Notes: a model not told the origin generated them from the letters alone. DNA of 64,000 bases from Octopus sinensis (GCF_006345805.1 NC_043001.1:99510001-99574000), one strand, 5' to 3'. Counted from the first letter of the stretch, positions 14,044 to 27,308 are shown. Program-made: numbers and translations.

Positions 14044-15900
14044 CGTATACTTTTGTTTTTTTGTTTTTTTTTCATTCTTGGACTAGTTTTTGATCACACT
14101 GTTGGATTTGTTTCGTATTATGCAGGTTTTATTCCGCATCGCAAAGTTTTTGTATATATTTCTATATATTTCTTAAGAAAAAAATCTTTGACTTAGTTTA
14201 TTTCATTTTATTGTATTGTATAAACCCACTTTGGTCATTTAATTTATAGATAATCCAATATAGGATGTTATATTTTGCATGTCTTTTATCTAAAATCTTT
14301 ATTATTATGCACTCAGCAATTTAAAAAAAATAATGTTGTTTGTATATACGTCAGATCGTAGATATGTTTTTATGTGAATATTTGTATTGGCATGCATATG
14401 TGTTTATAAGCATGCGTCTATGTATATGTGTAAGTGAGCGTGTATGTTTGTTCTTATGCACATACATACATGGATGTATATGTATGCATGTATTCACTTG
14501 GATTTGTGTGGATGTGTTTTTACATACTTGTCTCTATATATTTATATATGTGTTCTTATATGTGTATTTACTGCTTATATACACATGTATATGTAATTTT
14601 ATCTTGTGAACGTTCATTACGTATAGTCAGACTTTTTTCTTTTTTCCTTTCTTTCGTTATGTTTTCTCTCCCTATTCGTTACTTGTATAGAGTCCTGTAA
14701 CTTTACACCCCCTCCCCTTCTCTTACGTCTTTAACTTTCTGTTGCTTATAAGATCGTTACCTTTTTGTTTCTTCCCCCTCTCTGCATTTTACTTCTAGTC
14801 TATATGTATACACCAAATGATTTATGCATACGAGCAAGATTGCATATACATATGTGTACATGTATTTGTGTGTATATTTTCGTTTTGCATTTATATGTCT
14901 GTATATGTATGTGGTCTGCGCACATCTATCTGAATTTGATATATACATGTATATTGGTGGTCCAGTATGAGTATATACTGTTGGGAAATATTTTAATATA
15001 TTTTAATTTCAATTCTTATGTATTAATTGTATTGATCAAATTATATTTTCTAGATAATTAATGACAATATGCATTTGAATCAACTCTTTGATTTAAGGTT
15101 TTTCCTCGATTTTTATAATTTTATATTGAACTCATTTATTTTGTTTATCGCTCGCATATGACCATTATTTGAAAGGACCAATGAAGCAAATCCATTTTTA
15201 AAGGTGCATCATTTATGCTAGTTCTGATCAAATTGTCATATCGGTTCTATTTTAACAAAACTGTCCGATGAACGAGAACGTGAAACTCCGAGTAACAGCT
15301 TTTGTTAAATTTCTGCTGCTTTTAAATAAAGTGTATATATATATATATATGTACACACACACATACACACACACACACTCACTCCACCATTGAGCAGTAT
15401 CTTTGAAAAGGAAAATGAATGCACATGCTGCAGATACATGTGCACATGCCCCAAACACACAAAGCAGATACACATGCACACAGACCTGACGTGCTCGCAT
15501 GTCAGATACACACGTGCACATCAATGATCTGATAATAAACCATACCCCACTTCCCCGGCAGAAAATCACCAGGTACTCACCAACACCCTGTCCTGACACA
15601 TGGTTGTAGGAATAAAGACTTGAATTGATGTTGCTAATATGATTTGCATTGAACTGTAAAAACCCAGCATCTAGAAGCCATCTTGGACTTATCTCATTTG
15701 GTCACTAGAAGCTTGACGAGATAGGTTCGTTTGATAAGTTGCATGAAGCCAAGTCAGAACTGTTACTAAATTATGTGTGTGTTTGTGTGTGTAGAGAGAG
15801 AATGAGAGAGATAAATCCATTTTTTTATTATAAAAAGTGGGCTTAAAACAAAAGATATATGAAATTTTGAAAGAAATATCCTCTGACATTATTCTGTATG

Positions 15901-15923
15901 TATTTTCTTTTCTTTCTTTCCAG
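15901..15923 (+). promoter_or_regulatory. Probable splice acceptor of the ZNF 5'-UTR/coding exon
   Basis: tattttcttttctttctttcCAG, a strong pyrimidine tract 457 nt upstream of the ATG. Confidence 0.55.
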
Positions 15924-16380
15924 ATTGCCTTTCAAAAAGGATTTTTGCTTGAAGTCTAGGACATCAACCTCATTCTATTTCCTGTCATGATATGGCAAAT
16001 TCAGGCGAAGATTGTAGCAGGATGTTTGATAGGTATTTTACCATGATGATACGATATCTTCCTGATTGATAGACAGTCTTCCACACCATGGTGTAAATGT
16101 AGGATATTTGAGTGGAAAACGGCAAACTTCTGCCTCCCACCATTTTCTTTCTTTCTGCCTTCTTGCAAAAACAGTATGCAATAGCTGATAATTACTGAGT
16201 CATTCTCTCCATTCTATTACTTTATTGTTAGATTTGGAATAAAATCCTTCAGTTCTATACAGGTAGCTTTCAAGCATTGCCTTAAACAAGGCATCTTTTC
16301 CTTAGAAAATTAAATTTTAATCAAAAGGTTACCTATCTCTACTTCATCCTATCCTTCTCTGTATTTCTCTTTCTTCCAAA

Positions 16381-19300
16381 ATGGGTAAATCGTCATTTGA
16401 GTGCAATTTTTGTGACAAAGAATTCACCAATAGATCTAGATTAGATTCTCACCAGAGAATTCACACAGGAGAACGACCACATATTTGTAATCAGTGTAAT
16501 CGGCCATTTCGCACAGCCTCTGATTTGAAAGTACATTTCCGCACTCATACTGGAGAGAAGCCTTATAAATGTAACTTCTGTGATCAAGCATTTGCAGTTT
16601 CACGTAATCTCACTGCACACATACGTATTCATACAGGTGAGAGACCTTTTATCTGTTCATTATGTCACAAGGCTTTCACACAGAAATCTGCACTCAATGT
16701 TCACTCCAGGATTCATACTGGTGATAAACCTTTCCAGTGCATCTTTTGTGCCAAACAGTTTGCATACTCTAACAGCTTGAAGGTGCACTTACGTGATCAT
16801 ACACGTGTTGAGAATGGCAACGACATTGACACCAATAACAGCAGCAACAATAGTAGTGATATTCATTCTGTAAGTAATAACACTAACAATATTATTAGTA
16901 ACACAAATCTTTCTGGTAGAGGCAGACGTAAAAAAAATAATCGTTGTAAAGCAGGTAGAGCCCCTAAAAACCAGGAGACCATCAAGCAATCAACTGTATT
17001 GGGATTCTCCGATTATACCCAACCAGAGGAAGAAGCTCTCTATACTTGTTCTATTTGTTCCCAAGGCTTTGACCAAATTGAGCTTCTAGCCGAGCATTGG
17101 AAGTCTCACAATGAAGACACTGATTCCGAGAAGAGTGATGACGACAATCCTTCAAGAACTGCTCAGAAAGATGTTAATGGTGTTGGTAAAGTACTGTCTA
17201 AGACAAAAGATAATTTAAAAGAGGAAAAGAATCAAGAAAACTTGGTTGCACCTAAATTCAACAAAGCTGTTGATGACAATGATACTTATCAAACGATTGA
17301 CAAAGATAACTCTTCACATGCAGAGTTTACAGAGCCCTCTTCCATTTACTGTAACTTAAGAGAAAGCATTGCAAAATCACTTGGTGCAATTCAGATTAGC
17401 AATGGGCAACGTCAGACAAGATCTAGAAGTAAAGAGCAGTCTGATGATCCTTCAGTTTCAACGGTAGCACCTTCAAAACATTCTAAGTCATCAAAAAGTT
17501 GTCACTCTTCCAAATCACCTTCTGTTAGTGCATCCAATACTACGTTTGGGAGTAGATCCAAACGGCTGCTTTCAAAAAATCCAGTTGGCAGTCAGGCTAG
17601 TCAGGCAACTAAAAATATCAGTCCAACTGTTTCAGTTGCTAATAGCTCATCTAATGTAAGCCTTTATGGGAATGAATCTTTCAATTCTGTAAAAACTGAA
17701 GAAAATATGAAATGTGTTTCTGAGAACACGCACTCTGTTGATAAAGGAAATACATCCCAAGATAATAAATGGGAAAGTTACCAGACCACTACTCTGATAG
17801 ATGAAGGAGAAAACCAAAGTGCTGTTATTACAGAATCATTGGTCAATAGTGTCTCGGTGAAAAATGAGCCATCTTTTCTGCCTTCTAGTGATACCTTTTC
17901 CAAGGAAATTTCTCAAACATCAGACAATGCAATGTCTGAGACAAATCTTGGCAAAGAAATCACAAAATCATCATCATGCCTTGTTGAAAATAAATTAGAT
18001 ATTGCTTCTCTTTTTGACCAAGATATTTACACATCTGCTCTCAATGATGCTCTGAAGTCTCTTCCATCAACTGCTTCATTATCCAATTCCTTCCTGAACA
18101 ATGACAACAATCACAGCAATAACAATAGTAGTGATGAAAATAAAGACCCCCTTAACTCTTCAGGAGACATGACTGATTCTTTTATAAAGAAGGAAACAGA
18201 AGGTACTGTTTTCTTAAATCTACCCCAATCCTCTCAGCAGGATTTGGTGGCTTCTTCCTCCATGCCATCTATAATGTCAATGATGGATCAGTCCCAAATT
18301 GATATGTTGTCCAACTCCACTGCTGCTGATACATCATCAAATATAGCTGAAAAATTTAAAACATACAAGTGTACACTATGTGGCATGATATTATGTGAGG
18401 CTGAACTTTTCGTTGAACATTTAGGGAAACATTCCCGAAATGCTAATCCATTCATATGCACAGAGTGTGGAAGACAATGCACTCGTCAGTATGATTTGAA
18501 AGTGCACACTAGAACACATACAGGCGAGAGACCATACAAATGTAGATTTTGTAAGCGTGGGTTTGCTATTTCTCGCAATCTTGTGGCACATCTGCGTATT
18601 CACACTGGGGAGCGACCTTATCAGTGCAATACCTGCAATAAGTCATTCACTCAACAAAGTGCACTACGGACACACAGCCGCATTCACACTGGTGAAAAAC
18701 CATATGTTTGTAAAAGCTGTGGCAAAACATTTTCTTATTCGTATGTCCTAAACTCACATGTACGTGATAACAAACTTTATCGCTGCAACTATTGCCAGGG
18801 AATGTATATTGGGTCTTGTGCTATTAACCAGCACATGAAGTCGCATGATGAAGACAAACAGCTAGCAGAAAATGCTGCTAGTATCGAGGAACTTTCTTTT
18901 AGTACAGATGATACTGAGATTCTGAATGAAAATGTAGTTAATGAACTGGACAGAAAGCTGTTAAGCTCTACTGGAACACCACACCTAAAGAATTCCAAGT
19001 CAAAAAAAAAGAGGAAAGGAAAATTAAAATTGATTTCTCAGACTATTGATGTTACTGAATCTATAGACTGCCAGATTACCAACATAGACAATCCAGATCT
19101 TTGGCCAAATACAGATATGCTTGTTAAAATGGAAAATAATGCTGAAGAATTCATAAGAAATGGTGAAAATTTTGGTAATGTAGATCAATCTATATTTGGA
19201 AAATCAGGTCTACCAGACCAATTGGGTTGTGATTCTCAGATTTCAAAAAATGGAGATGATCTGCAAGCACTTTATGTGGGGAATTTAGAAATGCAAAACT

Positions 19301-22300
19301 ACAGTCAGAACTCTGAAAATGTTGCCCCAAAGAGTTCCTCTCAAGAGGGTTTTGGCGGAAAATTAAGTTCCTATTTTAAATATGCTAAACACTTGTCTTT
19401 ACAACATGAAGCCAAAATATCAAGAAAAATAAAAGCTAGACAAAAAGCTCATATCTGCTGGTATTGTCACCGAGACTTTGGAAAATTCAAGGACCTGTGT
19501 AAACACGTGAGGAAACACTGGAAAAGCCGTCTTTACAGCTGTTCTCATTGCAAGAGGAAGTTTACTCGTCAAACTGCTTGCAAAATGCATAAAATGATAC
19601 ATGGTAAGAAATATTTCAAATGTCAATATTGTAGTAAAAGTTTTGCATTCTCATGCAGCTTGATGTCTCATTTGAAAGCAGTCCACACACACCGGTGCCA
19701 TGTAAAAAGCCATAATTGTCAGCATTGTTTTCAGTCATTCAGTCGTTATTACCTCCTTTCAGCACACATAAAAAAGCAACACTTAGGAAAATCGTCTGAG
19801 AAACTAGGAGATACATTTATAAAATCTAACAAATCATTAATCCCACAGCAGCCTTATGAAAACAATACTGATATTCTAGGTATTGATGAGCCTCATTTAC
19901 CATCTAAGGTGAGTCCAACTTCTTCTGTGCAAAATAATACATCTTGCCATCAATTGAATAATGATCAGATTGTTATTTATCTTGAAGAAGAAGGTGATTC
20001 CAAAATGGAAGATCTTGAAAACGAGATCAATGATAATATATTATCTTCCAATTCTGGTGAAGGATCTGCCATTGATATCAGTGCAGCATCTCTAGATGAC
20101 CCTGATGCTGATGATGAAGAGGAAAATCTGTCTTGTAGCTTTTGTGAGCGCACTTTCAGCCAGCGCCATCAGCTTTTGGTACATCTTCGAATTCATACTG
20201 GTGAAAAGCCATATAAATGTACTTGGTGTCATAAAGCATTTCGTGTGTCGAATGATCTTAATGTTCATACGCGTATTCACACAGGCCAACGTCCTTATAG
20301 GTGTAAAGTGTGTGATAAAACATTTACAGTCTTACGTAACTTGTCAACCCACATGAGGGTACATACAGGTGAAAAACCTTATCAGTGCAATATATGTACT
20401 AGATGTTTCTCTCAGAAATCAGCTCTTACGGTCCATATGCGTATCCATACTGGATCAAAACCTTTCAGATGTGGTATGTGTCCACAAAGTTTTGCTCATT
20501 CATCAAGTTTACGACAACATAAGCAGCGTCATGTCACTGGCGAGCTTGAGGAGGAGGTTTTCCGATGTACTGTTTGTGACAAGACTTTCCCTTGCTTCAA
20601 TACTCTTAGCAGTCACGTTGAAGAACACCTTCAAGAAAACTTAGAGTCAAATAGTAAAAATAAACCTGGGTTGAGCAAAACTGCAATATCACCATCAGGA
20701 GTAGAGATTAATCAGGAATCTGTTTTGCAGGAAGAGACATACACACCATCTCTAAAAGAAACCAACTATGCAATTAAAGATACTGCTAAAAAACGTGGCA
20801 AAAGAAAAACAAAAAAACGCAACCGTTCTAATTTATCTGATGGTTTCGATCAACAACAGCTTAATCAAGTAAACCAAGTCATCAACAAAATGAAGCTTGA
20901 GGAAGAAGCCATGCTTTGCATCAAAGATGAATCCAATTCCTCAAGTATGATTGATTCTCTTAAATTCAAAGCCTTGAATGATGATCCTGCAGATCCATCA
21001 CCGTCGTCATCAGTTGGAACATTGGAAAAATCTTTTCGCACCTTGAATAACCAAAAGAAGAAAGAGAAAATTCCTTGTGTCAGTACTTCTCAAAACATGG
21101 CTTATAAATCTGAGCCTAGAGATTTCTCTAGCCAGCAACAGCATTTATTAGAATCTGAAAATTTGAACAAGGCTGACTTTGATGATGTTGTTGGCTTTGC
21201 TGAAAAGAGTGATGATAATGTTTCAGACACTGCCTCACAAATTTACTCTTGTAATGACTGTGAGAAAACATTTAATCAGAAATGCCTTTTATTAGCACAT
21301 AGCAGGATCCATACAGGAGAACGTCCTTATAATTGCCATGTCTGCAGCAAGACATTTCGCATTCCTAATGATTTGAAAGTCCATTTGCGGAGTCATACAG
21401 GAGAAAGGCCTTACAAATGTCAAATCTGCAATCGTGGTTTTTCGATTTCTCGAAATTTAACAGCTCATTTGAGGGTTCACACTGGAGAAAGACCATTTAA
21501 GTGTGAATTCTGCAGCAAATGTTTCACTCAGAAATCAGCTCTAACAGTTCATATAAGAACCCATACAGGTGTTAAGCCATTCAAATGTGAAGTCTGTGGT
21601 CAATCTTTTGCCTATTCTTACAGTCTCAATGTTCACAGGAAACAACAACATAATTTAAATAGCAATAGCAAACCGTCCAGTGGCCGGCTTTACAAGTGCA
21701 ATGATTGTGACCAAACATTCACACATGGCTATCTTCTTGGAATCCATCGAAGAACTCACAAGCAGCGCAGTAAAGCCAAGCAACAAAACTCAATTAATCA
21801 AGTTCCTCATGCCAAGATGCAAAGTTCTGAGGATCAGCACTTAAATTCACGTTTGAAATCAGATCCTTTCTTGTCTCTTTCACTTGTTAATAACAATCTC
21901 AATGAACTTGAAATTGACCAGATTACTCTCAGTCAGAAAGATTCTCTGAACCTTCATGAAAAATCACTTGAAGAATTAGACCAGAATAATATGTTCATTA
22001 AAAGCAATACTAGTGATTTTCAAGCTCATAATGCAGATTTAGAAGATTTTGAAAAACCTCACCAGTCATTACGTACCAAATTTGGAATCTCAGAGAAGCT
22101 CAACAGAAAAACCAAAAGGCAAAGACGCTCAAAGTATTCATTACAATCTACAGAAAATGATGGAAACAAAAATGGTGAAAATGAATGTGTTGAACTATCC
22201 AATACTGAAATAGATTTTGATGAAATAGAAGCAACAGCTGCACGGCTAGAGAATCTGTTATCAGATGAACCACTCTCCATTGATGAGGCTGCTTGCAAAG

Positions 22301-23595
22301 TGTGTGGTAAAACATTTAGCCAAAGAGCTCATTTAGCTGCTCATTATCGCATCCATACTGGTGAGAGACCTTACAAGTGTCGCTTGTGTTTTAAGGCTTT
22401 CCGTGTATGTAGTGACCTTACAGTGCATCTGCGTACTCACACAGGTGAGAGACCTTACAAATGCCAATACTGCCCAAAAGCCTTTTCAATTTCTCGAAAT
22501 CTTACTGCACATTTACGTACACATACTGGTGAGAGACCATTTGCATGTGGACAATGCAGCAAACGATTCACTCAGAAGTCTGCTTTAACAGTTCATATGC
22601 GTACACATACAGGTGTACGACCATATGTATGTCAAGTTTGTAAAATAACCTTCACATATTCACATAGTCTGAAAATGCATATCAAGCATCATCACTCCAG
22701 AGCAAGTATGTCTGATGCACCTGAGGCTTCGCCGGCATTCCAATTTGATGGCACTACTGACTATTTATTTCCAAATGCTCCAATATCTGACGGCAGTTTA
22801 ATACTTGAATCTCCTGAAAAGAAATCCAATTCCAGCTTGACAGATAATCTGAATAAATTTGGGGATGACACAGTGGCAGAAAGTGCAATGGATGCTAAAT
22901 GCAGCATCAGTCAAAATATTTTTAAAGATACAATTGACAGTGAATATAATGATAGTAACATATTCTTAGATGATATGTTCTCTTCAGCTAACAGTTCTGC
23001 TAATTTCCTGACCAATAGCCAGCAGCAACAAAATTCTGCTACTTCATCTTTTAGTGAACAAACTGCTGATAATGGCAACTTTGACAACTTAACTGAGATG
23101 AATAGCAAGTGCCAAATTTGTGACAAAACATTTAACCAAAAGTCTCGTCTTGTTGCACATTTGCGTACACACAGTGAGGAGAGGCCATATCAATGTAACC
23201 TGTGCCCCAAGACATTTCGTGTAGCCAGCAACTTGTCTATACACAAGCGTGTCCACACTGGTGAAAGACCATATAAATGTGACATTTGTAGCAAATCATT
23301 CACAATCTCTCGTAATCTTTTCACTCACATGCGTACCCATACTGGCGAAAGACCATTTTCATGTGAACGCTGCAGTAAAAGGTTCACACAGAAGTCAGCC
23401 TTGACTGTCCACATGCGAACTCATACTGGGGATACCCCATATGAGTGTGATGCTTGTGGGGAAAAGTTTACATACTCCAGCAGTTTTATGCTCCACAAAA
23501 AGCACAACAAAGCTATTAATTGCACCTATTGTGGAGACGTCCTTTTGGGCAAGTGTGCCTTCCGCTCTCATCTGCAAAAACACATTACTGCTTAA
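16381..23595 (+). CDS. Intronless 2404-aa poly-C2H2 zinc-finger protein (about 39 fingers; six repeated five-finger cassettes)
   Basis: Uninterrupted 7.2-kb ORF. Strong start context (aaaATGG) with an in-frame TAA at 16318. Many C-x2-C-x12-H-x3-H motifs with TGE(K/R)P linkers. No N-terminal effector domain recognised. Confidence 0.96.
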   Translation: MGKSSFECNFCDKEFTNRSRLDSHQRIHTGERPHICNQCNRPFRTASDLKVHFRTHTGEKPYKCNFCDQAFAVSRNLTAHIRIHTGERPFICSLCHKAFTQKSALNVHSRIHTGDKPFQCIFCAKQFAYSNSLKVHLRDHTRVENGNDIDTNNSSNNSSDIHSVSNNTNNIISNTNLSGRGRRKKNNRCKAGRAPKNQETIKQSTVLGFSDYTQPEEEALYTCSICSQGFDQIELLAEHWKSHNEDTDSEKSDDDNPSRTAQKDVNGVGKVLSKTKDNLKEEKNQENLVAPKFNKAVDDNDTYQTIDKDNSSHAEFTEPSSIYCNLRESIAKSLGAIQISNGQRQTRSRSKEQSDDPSVSTVAPSKHSKSSKSCHSSKSPSVSASNTTFGSRSKRLLSKNPVGSQASQATKNISPTVSVANSSSNVSLYGNESFNSVKTEENMKCVSENTHSVDKGNTSQDNKWESYQTTTLIDEGENQSAVITESLVNSVSVKNEPSFLPSSDTFSKEISQTSDNAMSETNLGKEITKSSSCLVENKLDIASLFDQDIYTSALNDALKSLPSTASLSNSFLNNDNNHSNNNSSDENKDPLNSSGDMTDSFIKKETEGTVFLNLPQSSQQDLVASSSMPSIMSMMDQSQIDMLSNSTAADTSSNIAEKFKTYKCTLCGMILCEAELFVEHLGKHSRNANPFICTECGRQCTRQYDLKVHTRTHTGERPYKCRFCKRGFAISRNLVAHLRIHTGERPYQCNTCNKSFTQQSALRTHSRIHTGEKPYVCKSCGKTFSYSYVLNSHVRDNKLYRCNYCQGMYIGSCAINQHMKSHDEDKQLAENAASIEELSFSTDDTEILNENVVNELDRKLLSSTGTPHLKNSKSKKKRKGKLKLISQTIDVTESIDCQITNIDNPDLWPNTDMLVKMENNAEEFIRNGENFGNVDQSIFGKSGLPDQLGCDSQISKNGDDLQALYVGNLEMQNYSQNSENVAPKSSSQEGFGGKLSSYFKYAKHLSLQHEAKISRKIKARQKAHICWYCHRDFGKFKDLCKHVRKHWKSRLYSCSHCKRKFTRQTACKMHKMIHGKKYFKCQYCSKSFAFSCSLMSHLKAVHTHRCHVKSHNCQHCFQSFSRYYLLSAHIKKQHLGKSSEKLGDTFIKSNKSLIPQQPYENNTDILGIDEPHLPSKVSPTSSVQNNTSCHQLNNDQIVIYLEEEGDSKMEDLENEINDNILSSNSGEGSAIDISAASLDDPDADDEEENLSCSFCERTFSQRHQLLVHLRIHTGEKPYKCTWCHKAFRVSNDLNVHTRIHTGQRPYRCKVCDKTFTVLRNLSTHMRVHTGEKPYQCNICTRCFSQKSALTVHMRIHTGSKPFRCGMCPQSFAHSSSLRQHKQRHVTGELEEEVFRCTVCDKTFPCFNTLSSHVEEHLQENLESNSKNKPGLSKTAISPSGVEINQESVLQEETYTPSLKETNYAIKDTAKKRGKRKTKKRNRSNLSDGFDQQQLNQVNQVINKMKLEEEAMLCIKDESNSSSMIDSLKFKALNDDPADPSPSSSVGTLEKSFRTLNNQKKKEKIPCVSTSQNMAYKSEPRDFSSQQQHLLESENLNKADFDDVVGFAEKSDDNVSDTASQIYSCNDCEKTFNQKCLLLAHSRIHTGERPYNCHVCSKTFRIPNDLKVHLRSHTGERPYKCQICNRGFSISRNLTAHLRVHTGERPFKCEFCSKCFTQKSALTVHIRTHTGVKPFKCEVCGQSFAYSYSLNVHRKQQHNLNSNSKPSSGRLYKCNDCDQTFTHGYLLGIHRRTHKQRSKAKQQNSINQVPHAKMQSSEDQHLNSRLKSDPFLSLSLVNNNLNELEIDQITLSQKDSLNLHEKSLEELDQNNMFIKSNTSDFQAHNADLEDFEKPHQSLRTKFGISEKLNRKTKRQRRSKYSLQSTENDGNKNGENECVELSNTEIDFDEIEATAARLENLLSDEPLSIDEAACKVCGKTFSQRAHLAAHYRIHTGERPYKCRLCFKAFRVCSDLTVHLRTHTGERPYKCQYCPKAFSISRNLTAHLRTHTGERPFACGQCSKRFTQKSALTVHMRTHTGVRPYVCQVCKITFTYSHSLKMHIKHHHSRASMSDAPEASPAFQFDGTTDYLFPNAPISDGSLILESPEKKSNSSLTDNLNKFGDDTVAESAMDAKCSISQNIFKDTIDSEYNDSNIFLDDMFSSANSSANFLTNSQQQQNSATSSFSEQTADNGNFDNLTEMNSKCQICDKTFNQKSRLVAHLRTHSEERPYQCNLCPKTFRVASNLSIHKRVHTGERPYKCDICSKSFTISRNLFTHMRTHTGERPFSCERCSKRFTQKSALTVHMRTHTGDTPYECDACGEKFTYSSSFMLHKKHNKAINCTYCGDVLLGKCAFRSHLQKHITA

Positions 23596-25231
23596 GCATT
23601 CTCAGATCAAGAGTGAAAATAAACCAGCTTACCGCCTTTGAACATGGAATCTCACTTTTTTTTTTTAAATGTGTGTATGCATGTATGTTTTGTATGCGTG
23701 TTTCTCTTTAAAAGGTTGTCTAATCTTATTCAGTTAACGGAATCAAAGAAAAAGAAAGAAAAATAGTATATAAAAAAGGAAAAAAAAAACAAATATATAA
23801 GACATGATTGAGAAGCTTTGTTGGTATTACAAAAATAGAGGAAAATATTTGAAATTATTTAAAAAGTGTTTTACATGTTTCCATCCCATTCCATATAAAT
23901 AATACATGTTGTGTTCTTCATTGTTTTTTTTTTTCCATTCTCTGTGTTTCAGGGAGCTATTTATAAAACCTTAGATGAAAATCAGGAACATTTCTTTAAC
24001 CCTTTGTTAGATTACTTAGATACCTTGTAATCATACATAGACTTAATATTAACTTGAAAATCACTCATGGTTTCCTTATTATTTTTGATTGCAAGTACGC
24101 ATTCAAAACATTCATTGTTAGATTCTTGTTTGTGTTTTTTTTTTTGTTTTTTTATGTGATGTTGGACAATATTTTTATTTTTCATCACGTTTTTAAAACA
24201 GACAAAACATTTTTCACATCTTCACTTATTTTTGGCTTGTTTGTTTCCTCAGGCATCACTTATTATTCATTAAATTTTTTTTCTTTCAGTTTCTTTACTC
24301 AATGTCCATCTCACCTTTAACTACTTCGCCTCATAATTTAATTGGTTCATTCTCTCGATAATATTCATTAGATTATAGGAAGAAAAAAAACCTTTAATAA
24401 ACCTTAGAATTAATTCCTAACAAATGAAAACAAAAAGAGGGAAAGCGTGTTCTTTCTTTTCTTCATGTTTTTGTCCATGCAAAGAATTGCATTAATTTAA
24501 AGCACCATTTATTACACATTTTGTAGAATGTGCATGTGTGTGTATGTAAGCATATGTATGTATATAAACATGTATGTATGTGTGTGTGTGTATATATATA
24601 TATATATGAACAAACAGATAATTATAATTTCAAAAATGATAGCCCTTGTGTATATTTTCTGCTCTTCCCATGGTTGTTCATACTTTTTCCTAACTTATAT
24701 ACAATTTTTCAAACTGATCAAAACACTATTTTTACACACAACACGACTACAGTTTATTAATTGACATTAATTAATTAGTTTTTTTCTTTTTTTTTTCAAA
24801 TATTTTATCTTAGTTTTTACATACAAGTGCACCTTTTTTAAAAAAAACAAAATAATATATTTCATTTTTTTTTTATATTATCAACAAAGTTTGAATAATT
24901 ATAAAATCCCTCTCCTCTCAAAAATAAATTAAAACATTTTCAGTTGGGCAATAAAATTTTCAAAAAGAAAAGAATGACATATATATATAAAGTAAAATCT
25001 TATTTATATTTTAGTCTGTTAAATCTTTTTGCATGGTGTTATCCTTGCAATACTACTTTTTTTTGCAAAAATATAAACAAAAAAGTTTCGTGAGATATAT
25101 ATTAAAATAATAATTTAAACAAAAAAGAACAAAAAAATATAGTGATGCCAAATCCTTTAAAAAAGCAGTCATCAACCAAAGTTACCAAGGAGATAGTAGA
25201 ACATTCATCAGTAACATAAGCAACCATAATA

Positions 25232-25410
25232 ATTATAATTGTTCCTAACTTAGGTACAGAGCCAGCAATTTTGACAGGAGGGTGTTTATTTTATTGATCC
25301 TGAAAAGATGAAATAAAGTACCAGTCAAATCCTGGAGTTGATAGTATCAACTAATCTCTTTCACTTGAAATTGCTGGCCTTGTGCCTAAATTAGAAACAG
25401 CAATAATAAC
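25232..25410. mobile_element. Two SINE-D 3' fragments in opposite orientation
   Basis: gttcctaacttaggtacagagccagcaatt (minus copy) faces aattgctggccttgtgcctaaattagaaac (plus copy). Confidence 0.65.
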
Positions 25411-26194
25411 AGCAACAACAATTTGAAAGAATGTTTCGGATATTTCATTCACTATGTTACTGACAATATATTTTGCAACACTTCAAAAAAAAAAAAAATG
25501 ACATTTCATTATTTATTTGTTTATATATTTATTTAACATTTTATTTACATTTGTTATCTGCTAAATGAAATTTTTTTTTCTTTCTTGTCTTAAAAATTCC
25601 AGTTTCCAGAATGAATTGTTATGAAACAATTATTAACGGTTTTTGATCCAGCATTTATTTGTACAACTATAAGCTAAGAATGGTAAATCCACACACACAC
25701 ATATAGATAGATGTGCAACCTTTTTTGAGACATGTATATAGATAAAACAAAATGCATAAATAAACTAACAAGTCCTTTTCCTTTTTTCCCTCACAATTTA
25801 ATCTTTTAATTTTGTCTTTTTTCACCTTTGTTAATTGAATATTCATTTGCATATTTTCCTTCTTTCGGCTTCTTATTCTTTGTGAATACTGAACATCATA
25901 TATGGGAAGAAGAAATATCTACTAGTCTATATTTTTAGGTGTCTTTAAAAAGAAACAAGAAATAAATCAAACAAAATATAAAATGAAAGAGAAAAAAAGC
26001 CACGTTGTAATTTCAATATACTTTTATATTAGTCATAATGTCTCTCTATATGGTGTTTATTACAAATTATGTATTGTTTTGCATATATGCATTCATCTCC
26101 TAATAATATTAGATCCAATATAACAACAAACAGCTTTTCCTCATCCATCTCTATTACATTTTAGCTGATATGTCTCTAACATTAATAATAATGA

Positions 26195-26440
26195 TTTCAA
26201 ATTTTGGCACAAAATCAGCAATTTGGGGGGAGGGGTAACTCAATTACATTGATCCCAGTATTTAACTGGTACTTATTTTATCGACCCCCCCCCCCCCCAA
26301 AAAAAAAGGATGAAAGGCAAAGTCAGCCTGGGCGGCATTTGAACTCAGAACATAAAGATAGACGAAATGCCACTAAGCATTTTGTCCAGCGTGCCAATGA
26401 TTCTGCCAGCTCATTGCCTTAATAATAATAATAATATTTT
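26195..26440 (-). mobile_element. SINE family D
   Basis: Reverse complement of the family D consensus, with an (aat)n end. Confidence 0.8.
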
Positions 26441-26629
26441 ATTTTTTTATTTTATCTAGTTTCAGCTCATGAGCTGTGGCCATGCTGGGGCACCGCCATC
26501 TTAGAAGAAAAATAGTGATAAGAAAAATAGTGAAAATAGTAGAAGAAAAATAGTGATAATTTTCCATGCAAGCATGGAAAACTAACATAAGAATGAACAA
26601 ATAAAATATAATGATTAAGGCGCTTACAT

Positions 26630-26790
26630 TACTCTCAATATTTGACTGGTATTCATTTTATTGATTCTGAAAGGATAAAAGACAGTTGATCTCAGCAGGA
26701 TTTGAACTCGGAATGTTGTGCATCACGACTAAATACTGCAATGCATTTTGTCCGACATTCTAATGGTTCTTCTAATACCCTGCCCCCTTA
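26630..26790 (-). mobile_element. SINE family D, degenerate
   Basis: gatttgaactcggaatgt...gcattttgtccgac segment. Confidence 0.6.
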
Positions 26791-27194
26791 GTAGTGGTGG
26801 TGGTGAATGCACATTTATTTAAATTTCAAAGTAAAATTCTTGTTTCTGTTAGACTAGCAAATAGAATAGAATATTACACATGCTTAAAGGAACATTAATT
26901 TACACATTTCTCAGTTAGCTAACAAATTTTAAACTGATAGTGGGGCAAAGAATGAAAATAGGTATAAACATAAAATTCAATTCTGCAGTTTTGGCTTCCA
27001 GCTGATCTGGTATAGAATTGAATATTGATATAAAGCTAGACAAAAAGCTCATATCTTCTGGTATATATGTCATTGTGGCTTTGATAATCCTGGTTGTGCC
27101 CATTTTCTCCTTCGCATATGGGTACAGTTAATTCTTAAGGTGCTCATTTTCCTTTGACATTTAAAAAAAAAAATTCCACTATTAGCCTTCAAAT

Positions 27195-27223
<29 letters not shown>

Positions 27224-27230
<7 letters not shown>

Positions 27231-27276
27231 AAATAGGATAAAATCTTAATAAGAAATTATCAAGTAGTTAGCGCCT

Positions 27277-27308
<32 letters not shown>

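Noticed and set aside
16580-23711. Short alternative-frame and antisense ORFs within the ZNF CDS
   Set aside because: 60-90-aa shadows of a long coding region, with no independent signal.
26915-27103. 62-aa minus-strand ORF as a real exon
   Set aside because: There is an upstream in-frame TAA and no convincing donor. Kept only as context for the ZNF-derived fragment.
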